In this document: piece after piece, positions 13,381-23,169 of the stretch
Layout of the letters: the number at the start of each line of letters is the position of its first letter
Numbering within the stretch: position 1 is the first letter of the stretch
Source of the DNA: Takakia lepidozioides
Lineage: Eukaryota > Plantae > Bryophyta
Length of the DNA: 64,000 bases
Direction: 5' to 3'
NCBI GenBank assembly: GCA_030704615.1
Contig: CM060731.1
Coordinates: 46,252,001 to 46,316,000, forward strand
Notes under the pieces: model-generated
What the model saw: only the letters and a program-made list of their open reading frames with translations
The model's database searches: none
What the model was told of the DNA's origin: nothing
Translations under genes and position numbers: made by a program

Positions 13381-14749
13381 ACACAGAGTCTGTCATAATG
13401 CCCTTGGCTACAGCAGGTCCGGACTTGGGGCGTTCAAGCAGGGGAGCAGTCTGCCTAGTCGCTTCCTTCCAATGACGATGTACAGGTTGTGTCCTGCCGT
13501 CTTCCACCTCTGTGATTTCAGATTTATGTTCAATTTATGTGTATTGACAGGATCTGTTGTACCTACAGGACTTGAGGACACCGTTTCCCTCCTAGGCAAT
13601 TCCACAACCCGCCCGTGTTGCTCACGTTGGCTCCACAACCAGAAAAGGTGGCTTACTTACAACGCCAACAGATGCATGGATTAGTTCAATGCATGCAACC
13701 CGTGAGGCTGCCAATACAGGTCCTGCATGTGTGAACAAGCCTACAGACACAGTCGTGTTGCGAAGCAGGACCGCATCACTTTGTCAGTCTGCTGAATCGA
13801 ACCCGGCCACAGTAGTCGCCGAATCCATGGGCACAAGTAGAGCGAAGAAGCAGACTGTCGTGGAGCAGACTCGGGAAGTTTGGGAGGGTCTTGTTGCCAA
13901 GAAACCTGCGAAGAAAGGCAAGTCCGTTGTCTTCATGAACAAGGACCGCAAAATGGCATTGGATACAGACAAGGAAGTGGCTCTTCAGCGACAAATGCAC
14001 CAGTGAGTAGTCCTCCCAGTCTGCTGAGTCTGGTCACTCTAATCTGCTCAGAAGTGTGAGTCTGCTCAGTCCGCTCGGTCTGGTGAGTCTAGCGAGTCCG
14101 CTCAGTATGGGCAGTTTGTTGAATGGAGTCAGTCCGCTCAGACCATTGCATACATGGGTTTTCACACAAGGCCGTGGTCTGTGCGCAGGTTGGGTTCCCT
14201 GTAGACTTGTGACCAATTCACTACATGTTGTTAAGCGGACTTACCCCTGCACACACAATCATTTTGTTTAACATACCAAGGGAGTCCACTGGTCAGCAAA
14301 CAGTCGAGAGTCAGCAGACTGCCAGAGTACGGGAAGGGGGTATGCCTAGGCTTGTGAGCAGACAAAGGGCAATGTCGCCAGACTGACGAGAGTCTGACAG
14401 ACTGAGGAGTTGGGACTAGTCCGGCAGACTGACGAGAGTCTGACAGATTGAGGAGTTGGGACCAATCCGGCAGACTGACAGATGCAATTGGGAACTATGA
14501 GTTTGCACTGGTGAACAAACTGTCGAGAGTCACCGGAGTGGTAGAGCACAGGCGGAGGGCATTGGCCAGTAGACTGCCAAGTCTGGTCAGCAGAGTAAGT
14601 GAGAGTCCACCATACTGAGAATGGCCAGTTTGATGGCAGACCGCATGAGGCTCACTGGTCAGCCAGGTGGAGGCACGTTCATAACCAGGAGACTAGTCTG
14701 CTCATGAGAAGGCTGGCACAGCAGACTGTTCAAAGACTGAGTCCCAGCC

Positions 14750-14865
14750 TGGTACAGCAGACTGGTTCAGACACCAGAAGACTGGTTGAGCAGACTGGTT
14801 CAGACGGTAGAAGACTGGTTGAGCATACAAGTTCAGACACCAGAAGACTGGTTTACCAGGCTGGT
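14750..14865 (+). repeat. 33-bp tandem repeat (~3.5 copies)
   Basis: CAGACTGGTTCAGACACCAGAAGACTGGTTGAG-type unit repeated. Confidence 0.75.
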
Positions 14866-14929
14866 TGGCAGACAGGTTGGAAGTCTGGTGCACATACAAT
14901 CGTACCGCCGAAATTTTATTTCATGGGGA

Positions 14930-17900
14930 GAATGATACTGTACCATTTCCTACATTTCCTACTCTACTTAACAATTGCTATATGGTCTGCGACCCTCCGG
15001 ATTGTGGAGTATATGTGTGCTGTAGGTGTTGGGGCACCAACCCTCTTCCCTGTTTTGTGTAAGACCCCGGGTCGCGTTTTCCATGCCTCAACGAAATCCC
15101 GTTTCCTTTTCAGCGACATATTGTTGTTGTCATTTACAGGACGGAAGCTCTTTGCTGCCACAGGGTGCAACATTCCTGCAGCACTCTTGGCGAGAATATC
15201 AACAAGCTGCCCCCTACAAATACGAAGAGAAGAGAACACATGTTTCTGCAGGTATTTGTCATCCCCAGCAATGCCAAGTATATCTGCAAATTCTTCATCC
15301 ATGGAGGATGGTACGAGGACAGGCTCCGCATCATAGGGGAAGTCATCTGTGGAAGGGCCCTCTGTTGCATTTCCCAAACCCTCTTCGTCGCCGATACTTG
15401 CATGAACCCTAAACACATTATGCAATCCTCCATGAATGGTTCCCAGTGCCGTGCCACAAGTGTGCACTATGAGTCCATCCTGCAAGTGTGGATGAAGCAA
15501 CTTCAAGACTCGGACTTGATGCTTGCACAAATTGCCCTTCATTGCCCATGGGCAAGTGCAAAAAGCCCATTCGCATCCGAGGTTGTAAACAATGTAAATT
15601 GTGTTTGGGTGATTGGTGCTTAGAACATAGGCTGGTTGCCCAGGATGGAACGGAAGAGTGACATTGCAAGCTGGGATATCGCGTGCCGCAAGCACAGAAC
15701 TGGACATGTACTTCTCCTGTTTGTCATTCCTTATGAATCCGTGCGTCTTCAGGTGAATTGCATACCAGTAGTGTGTTAGCACACGGCCTGTGAGTTCCCA
15801 TATGAGCCAATCCACTCTACGCCCAGTCATTTTTCCTTTCCCCATCCTCAGTCTTGCCTTCAAGTTTCCATGGTATGCCTCAATGCTAGCATTGGTGTCT
15901 TGACTGGCATGCGGAACATGGCGAGCTGCTGTACACCACATTGCTATTTTAGGACGCCATTGGCTGTTGGGGCACTTCAGGCTGGTTGAACTGAAATGCC
16001 CTAACCTCCTCCCAACCCGGTGAACCATGCAATTGCCGGCAGCGACATTCACAAGTAGGCTGGGTCCTGGTCCCACTACACTCAGCCGACTCGGCAGAGT
16101 CACAACTCAGCAGACTCAGAAGACTCAATGAGCAGACTCGGCATAATGAGCAGACTCAGCATAATGGGCAGACTCGACAGATTGAGCAGACTCCAGACCG
16201 AGCAGACTGTCCTCATACTAGTCAACCAGACAGTCTACTAAGTTAGTGCCCAAGTCCACCGGCGAAGTCCTCCTTGAAGTCTCTCATGTGGGCATGTGTA
16301 CTTTGCAAGGCTATTTTTCGAGGAGTGCCCATTTTCCTATGCCTTTGGCATGTCCGGCGGGCTTGGGTGAAGCAATCATGCGCGAAAACCAAAGATCCTA
16401 TCACTACCGCAAACTTGTTGAAAGATATGGGAGACCTCATGTACTGTAGAGGTGGACCAAGCAATCCCAAAGAAGGCCTTGCATGGGTACCAACCACGCT
16501 CCGATGCATGAGAAAGAAATATCCGAATGGGCATGAATTTCTGACTACTCCACACTGCACTCATATGCGACCAATAGGATGTGTATGCAAAGTCATATTT
16601 TATTTCGTTGCAAATGCTCAAAAGCATGCTCACATGACAAATGTGTCCTATGGTGCACCTCTAATCTCGGGCCCAGATGGATATCTATGAGGATACTGCT
16701 TTCTCAGCAGTGGTCAAACCAGTCATGATGTACTTAAGACACTGCATCCGTTGGCCAAGTGCAAACTTGAACGTAAACCGGTGTTTTGTGAAAGGTACTC
16801 CTCTCTCTGCCCAACGGACTTGGCCAGAGGGCATCCCGAGCGGACTGGGTTGCCAGCAGACTTCCGAGTAGTCCCCTCTGGCGGACTCGCCTGCCAGTGG
16901 ACCAGAGTGAGGTCGCAGCAGACTGGCACACGTGAGTCTTGCAGCGGACTGCTTGCGAACAATCCCCTCCGGCGGACTCGCCTGCGAGCGGACTTGCTCG
17001 ACCAGACTGAGGTCGCACCAGACTGGCGCACGTAAGTCTTGCAGCGGACTGCTTGTGAACAGTCCCCTCCGGCGGACTCGCATGCGAGCGGACTTGCTCG
17101 ACCAGATTGAGGTCGCAGCAGACTGGCGCACGTGAGTCTTGCAGCAGACTGCTTGCGAACAGTCCCCTCCAGCGAACCTGCCTGTCAGCGGACTTGTTGG
17201 ACCAGACTGAGGTCGCAGTAGACTGGCGCACGTGAGTCTTGCAATGGACTGCTTGCAAACAGTCCCCTCCGGCGAACCTGCCTGCCAGCGGACTTGCTGG
17301 ACCAGACTGAGGTCGCAGCAGACTAGCGCACGTGACTCTTGCAGTGGACTGCTTGCGAACAGTCCCCTCCGGCGGACTGTCCTGCCAGCGGACTTGCCCT
17401 TAGGAGACCGGCAGCAGACTTACCCAGACTTTGCTGGCAGCACACCCGAGCAGACTGACCTTGCAGCATACTTGCGCAAGTGAGTCTTCCAGTGGACTTT
17501 GCTAGAGGACATTATCAGCGGACTGGTTTGCCAGCAGACTTGCAAAAATGAATGGGTCGGACTTGCAGCCAGGACTGCGTTGTATGGCAGGGGACTTGCC
17601 GAAGAGACAGACAATGGACGCAGACGACGGACTTGCACGCGAGTGTACAGGAGGGTACGTGAAACTTACGTAATGGCGTTTATTTCGACGTCGGCATCGT
17701 TCACAATGAAGACATTGGGTCGCCAGTCCGACATTTCTGCGAGGAGAGAGTCCCGCAAGGCTGCCATCCACGGCACCAGGTCTATTGTCCGCTCACGCGC
17801 GCATATATGATGTACGCAACTGGTATACCGTTAAGCCACTCGTCGAAGACCATCAACGTGTACAATGGGAACTGTTCATATGCAGAATGTCAGATGTTGC

Positions 17901-19145
17901 CAGTATGCATACATCCATTACTTCTGCAAGTGGATAAATTGTGGAAGGGATGAAGAGTACCTTGTGGTGATTTGTCCCGAAGGTTGCATCGCATGCAACG
18001 ATACGGGCATGGCCTAATTGAAGCATTTGCTTCTTCTGCCACTCGGTCTGTATGCCGATTGTGAATGTTAAGTCGCCATCGTAGTGCTTGAATGTTGGCG
18101 CCAATTTCTCCTCTTGATAGAAGAAGACCGATTTCGGGTTCTGGTCTTTCCACATGCAGACACTCTCCGCATCGTTGGTATGTTTTTTGAACGTTTGCCA
18201 CGCCCGTTTCTCGGCTAGGTTGCGCACATCCTGTTCCAGCAAAAAATCGTCTCGTGTCCATGCATCCCCCAACCCGGTGTTATTCATGACGTGCTCTTTA
18301 TGTTCCATCATGATTTGGGCGACTGACAGGCCTCGGCACAGACACTCCATGACCCATGCTTTCAATTCCTCGTTAATGTGTGGTGCATAGGCATGGCGAG
18401 TGTTCCTGAACTCAACGGACTTCCCATGATAGACGTTCCTTTTTGCGTCTGTATGCTCCATATTGTTGTAGTACGTGAGGACACAAATGTCGGGGGCGAG
18501 ATAGCATTGCAAGACCTTGAAACGGCACTGGCAACCACGCTTGTAAGACTCTTCATATTCCGACTTCTTTCTCATTGGGCCTTTATGAGGGTGAGATGTT
18601 CCAGCACCCACAAGAGGTCCTCCACATTTCAGTTTGGGATCCTCCACTATCGCATTGTTGGTGCGCTTGTCATCTGCACCGTAGCAGCATTGATACCTGG
18701 ACATAAAAATCACAATGGATATCCATCGACTTCTGGAAGCATGAAATCACAGAACGTGGGTACGGAAAATGGCAACAGACATGCAATCAGACTACAAAAG
18801 GACGATGAGGATGGAGCACACATGATACTATTTAGAGAACTGCTGGCTCTCGGCTCTTTTAGCATGTCGGGTTGCACTTTAGTATGGACATTCACCCAAA
18901 ACTGAGTGGAGTAGTCCACCAAACTCTCCTCTCCAAGGAGAAAGTCATCAACTATATCCCACGGTATGCAGGCCTTCAGAACATTCTATCTGGCACCCAT
19001 ATAACCATATTGTGTGTCTCTCTTCCATTGGAGGTCCTTCGTGTTGAAGGGTCCTGGTTTGGGTGTTTGCAAACTTTGACGAAAGAGGCCGTATAATCCA
19101 GCATCTCATTTTTAGTATATCATCACCTTCTGCTTCCACGTCCAT
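14930..19145 (-). pseudogene. Spliced MULE-type transposase with SWIM zinc finger (At4g13970/At1g60560-like family), degenerate
   Basis: Motifs in order: CIPWDIVDDFLLGE, YQCCYGADD, KRGCQCRF, FTIGIQTEWQ..QMLQLGH..IVACDATFGTN, WRPNVFIVND, LCLWHVRRAW (on an inverted segment), QDTNASIEAYHGNLK, RRVDWLIWEL, and SWIM CTCPWAMKGNLCKH. Frameshifts and stops are present. Confidence 0.88.
16870..17398 (+). repeat. 100-bp tandem repeat, ~5.3 copies, inside a transposase intron
   Basis: The unit GACTGGCGCACGTGAGTCTTGCAGCGGACTGCTTGCGAACAGTCCCCTCCGGCGGACTCG... starts at 16921, 17021, 17121, 17221 and 17321. Confidence 0.95.
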
Positions 19146-21508
19146 GCCCTATACAGTACAGAGGACACGCTTCAGATTCTGCAAGAAACGCGCCGCAGTA
19201 CACAGGACACGATGGACAACGTGCAAGGAGCATCAGTGAGCACGTTCACGGCTGCTGGCAAGTGGCAGGCAGCAGGGAGAAGGTTTGAATTCATGCCCTA
19301 AAAATGGAGGGCTCAGATGGCATTTGCGAACGGACGGTCCAGATGCGGCATCATCAGTGGACTGGAGGAAAGCGGACTCATGGGCGGCGGACTAGCGGGC
19401 AGACTGTTGGGTGGACTGGCCGGGGCTGGCACAGCGGACTGGCATGGATGGCGCGGATGGGTTTCTCGGAATGGACGATCCAGATCCTTCGGCCGGCGCG
19501 GACTGGCAGACTGGCAGATTGGGGGCAGCAGACGGGCACAGCGGACTGTTGGGTGGACTTGCGGGGACTGGCACAGCGGACTGGCCGGAGCTGGCGGTTT
19601 GGCGGACTGAGGGGAACTGGACTCACGGGCAGCGGATTGGCGGGCGGACTGGATGCGCCGTACTGGGGGCACGGCGGAGCGCAGTGTAGGCCGCGGTGGA
19701 GCGCGGGCGCGGCTGCCGCGGGCGCAGCTGGTGGGCCGTGGCAGCAGGTGGGCGACCGCGCGCAGCGGTGGGGTCCGGGTGGGGGGAGCTGGGCGTTTGT
19801 GCGCGGGGCCCACCGGTCAGCTTGGGCGTGCCCCATAACGTCCCAATTATTGTAAAATGAGAGGCGAATGTCAACTACTATGGTTTTCGATGTTCTTACC
19901 AGCACCACTGTCTGAAGCAGGCAAGTCTGGAGGGAGCCCATGTCTAGGCCTTAGTTTTGCTATAAGGCCATGGTAAAACCCAGCCGCCTATGGTTTTGTA
20001 CTGACCACCCACTCTCTCGATTTTTGTTTCATGGAAGCCTCTTTTCCTTCCAACCAAGTTTGCCGAGGCAGCCCTCAATTTGCGAAGACGATCAAGGAAT
20101 TCCTCAATGAACTTGTCCTCAATGAACTTGTAATGAAGCCACCATAGTTGTTGCTCAGTAACCTCTGCTATCGCAAGGCCCTCAAAGAAATGGCCTCATG
20201 TTTTCCACGAATGTTGGAAGTAAGTGTTCTTACCGCACGATCAAAAGGGCCCTGGGTCTGCCGCAGCTCACCCAATTTTCTTTCCAAGTCATGAATCTGA
20301 AATAAATAAAGACAAATGCTCAAGACAAAACTCCAAGTAGACTCGATTGAGGCTCTAATTAGTGTACAAAAATTTCCATGGACCCGTGCATTAACTCAAG
20401 AGCTGTGAGCAAATGTCTCTCTCACACACAAACACATTCATCGATCGTCATGAAACACATGCTTGGACTGAAAGGTTTCGGATTGTTGTGTTCCCAGCTA
20501 ATTGATTTCTTATTCTATGGCTAGGATATCACTCCACAAAATTGCGATGCGAGGGTGATGTCAGAGAGACGCTGTAAAGCACGGAAAAAGCCATGTGCAT
20601 GTGAAAGAAGGAGAGGGTGAATCTTGAGGAAGGGAACCACGCTTTAGAACGAGAGTGCTCCAAAAGCTCCTCTGCCTCAGCCATCCTTCATCGAGCCTTC
20701 ATCACCACAGCCCGATTCTTTCTGCAGCCCTAAATTTTTCTTTCAGATACTTTCCGCCACAGACAGCTATCATTCGAGCTGCACAAAGTTGATTCCATGC
20801 TCGAAAGCGTGCAATCTTCTTCCGTAAGATTCTCCATGTTTTATTGGCTAGGAGATGTACTACAACACCAGACAGAAAGGAGACACCCTGGGCTCCAACA
20901 AAACCAGCACATATACAAAATTGACCTGTATACAGAGCCCAATAGCTTACCAAAATGGACTAGGGGCATGCTGCTGTTACAGCCCATATGCACCTAAACC
21001 ATTGGGTACAGCAGAAGCTGCTTACAATCAAAATGGCATGCTACTCTTACAGCCCATAGGCCATGAAATCCTGGGCTGCAACAGAAGTAGCATACATGAA
21101 CAGCCAATGGATAGTCTTCATTCAACGTTCCCCCCAGTTCACCAACTTGCTCGTCGCTGGCACCAAGCTCCTTTGCCCAAGTTGCGATCACAGCCGCCTC
21201 TTTCGCAAGATGTGCCGGTGCAGGGGGAGGTGCATTGAGGAGGACCATTACACCAGCACTATGACAGCCATCAAGCTACAGCACTCACCACCTTCCACTC
21301 CTCCTCAATGCCTCAAACTTACAACACTCACAAGCAAAGAAAAACGCAAACAGACTAGAATGAAATGCAATGAGAAAGCAGGAAGTAGAGATGGTCGCGC
21401 ATTGGCTTGATAAGCGAGAGCTGATAGGAGAGACTGGCTTCCGGCCGACTATGTAATTAAGCTGCAGGAGGTGCGAGTTTGAAGTGGTGTTGGAAAACCA
21501 CTGGCATG

Positions 21509-21580
21509 TGGTCGGGCTAGGGATTGAACCTAGGATCTCTCCCATTCCGGTGGGGTGCTCTACCACTGAGCTACCTGTCC
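21509..21580 (-). ncRNA. tRNA-like sequence (pseudo-tRNA / Pol III A+B box cassette)
   Basis: Minus strand reads GGACAGG TA GCTC AGTGGTA GAGC A CCCCACCGGAATGGGAG AGATC CTAGG TTCAATC CCTAG CCCGACC A. D and T stems are perfect and A/B boxes are present, but the acceptor stem pairs only 5/7 and the anticodon arm is degenerate. Confidence 0.7.
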
Positions 21581-21794
21581 CATTCTGTTCTCAAAGTGCT
21601 GTGCAAGGGCGCCTGCCATGGTTGCTCACACTCCATTGTGGGGTACGAGTAAGGATTTGCAGCAGGCTGCTAATAGACGGGTGCAACAAGCCTGGGTAGA
21701 GGCCTTTGTACCGTCAGGAGAGGAGGAGAGTGCGGTGATTGCACCAAGACCGCCTCAGTTGTCACCATTGGACACCACACCTCTTGTGTGGCAG

Positions 21795-22760
21795 TGCCCG
21801 GATGAAGGCATATGCCTTCTGGACTTGTTTGGTGGGATTAGCACTAGATTGGCTGCAGTACTGTAGGCAGATGTATGAGTTCGATGTTACCTATATGTGG
21901 AGAGGGATGAGACTGCACGACGCGTCTCACTGCGTCATGTTGCTCAGTTGGTGCAGCAGTGCCCTGATTTGTTGCCTGTTAGCAGTTCGTGGATACCAAC
22001 AAGCCTTGCCAGCAGACATCTCCTTGCTGGGGGCGCATGATTTGGAGCGGGTTGACCTTATTCATTTGGTAGTGGCAGGTTGGCCCTGCCAAGAGCATTC
22101 ATCAGCTGGGCATGGCAATGGGTTACAAGACTCAAGGTCACGCCTGTTTTGGGAGATGTTGAGGGTCCTACGCTATTTACAGCTTTAGCAGACAGACTCT
22201 CCGGCATATATTTTGGAGAATGTGCCATTGATGGGTGATTCTCGGGCCAAGGTGATGGCCAGTGTGCATCAAGTGCGGTCTTGGCTTGGGTTAGCAGTGT
22301 TGCTGGACGCAGCTGCAGTGGGGTCACGGGTTCATCGCCCACGACTATGGTGGACCAACTTAATGCCACCTGCACTGCTCAAGCGTGCATTTGATGGGGT
22401 GCAGCGGCCACCACACTTGACGGTGGATAGCATTTTGGACATAGGGAGACAGTCTTAGCGTGTGAGACACAATGACCGATCACCTTTGGCAGTGGTCAAT
22501 AAGGTGGGTCACCCACGAGCCGCATAACCTACACTACTCAGCTTTCCAGGATCTCATGTTTTTCGGGATGGTGGACCTGGCCTCTAGTGGGATAGCCAGT
22601 TGCAGCAATTAGTGGAGCCCAATGCTAACGAGCGCGAGCGGGCAATGGGTTTTACCACTGGTACCACGGCGGTGCCATCTCTTTCTGAGGCATCACGTCG
22701 TCAGGTGTTGGGGCAAGCAATGGATCTCAATTGCTTGACCTGGATTATCAGCTTGGCTAT
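21795..22760 (+). pseudogene. C5-cytosine DNA methyltransferase domain (DNMT3/Dcm-like) within retrotransposon pol
   Basis: Motif I LLDLFGGIS (~21816), II YVERD, IV GWPCQ (22078-22092), V DSRSRLF, VI ILENV (~22216), VIII HRPRLWWTN (~22333), IX ERERAMGF (~22630), X RRQVLGQAMD (~22700). One frameshift near 21975 and several TAG/TAA stops. Confidence 0.92.
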
Positions 22761-23169
22761 GGCTGAGCAGCGCAGAGTACGGAGTACACTTCCCTTGATG
22801 GTCTCCCTGCCTACCGAGACGGTACAGGCAGCGAGTGGGGGCGAACAGGTGAGGACCACGAGGTGCAGGCCGCATCCATGGCACACGTGGGAGGTGCTCG
22901 AGGTTCAGAAGGAGTTGGTAGCCAAGGCGGCGGTGATGGATCAGGTTGGGGATTTTTCTTGGGTTGAGGAGGTCCTCAAGGATGGGATGATGGGGCAGGA
23001 TGAGACATTGTCACTGACAGAAGAGGCAGTGGTCAGTGCTCAAGAGGTTGCAGCATAGCAACCACGGGACGAGACTTCTACCTCTAAGCCTGCTGGACTC
23101 AAGGTTGCAGTCACGGAGGACAACTGGGAGCCTGATGTTGGACCTATAGTCACCGGAGGAGAGAGACGA

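Larger units (their letters stand above)
108..14006 (+). pseudogene. Unknown Q/T/D-rich ORF convergent with the MULE transposase, split by two CACTA insertions (pieces ~108-979, 7166-8784, 12961-~14000)
   Basis: Removing each CACTA plus one TSD restores the frame: ...GGC CGG TGA CCT TTT GTT CCC TTT CAT TAT TCC ATG GAA... and ...TTG CAA GAG CAG ACC GAC CAC.... In-frame stops (TAG 771-773, TGA 972-974) look like CAG/CGA deamination. There is a frame change near 7810-7844. Confidence 0.6.
1..19865 (-). mobile_element. Mutator-like (MULE) DNA transposon; left end lies outside the window
   Basis: Contains a SWIM/MULE transposase (14930-19145, minus). The right terminus (...CCCAATTATTGTAAAATGAGAGGC, ending at 19865) recurs inverted at 56830 with unrelated flanks, which defines an element end. 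CAGACT/CGGACT motifs are dense from 1 to 19650. Extending the element to position 1 is inferred from this shared motif content. Confidence 0.6.

Noticed and set aside
16870-17398. Regularly spaced repeats as a CRISPR array
   Set aside because: Whole 100-bp units repeat with no unique spacers, there are no cas genes, and the context is eukaryotic.
19304-19941. GC-rich overlapping ORFs (also 26050-26950 and 56857-57631)
   Set aside because: These are stop-poor subterminal repeat DNA open in many frames, with no protein motifs.
21509-21580. Functional tRNA-Ser(GGA) gene
   Set aside because: The acceptor stem has two mismatches, the anticodon stem is disrupted and there is no long variable arm. 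Reported only as tRNA-like.
21795-22760. Bacterial contamination or a restriction-modification methylase
   Set aside because: The domain is in frame with gypsy RT, decays like the rest of the element, and has no cognate endonuclease or operon context.
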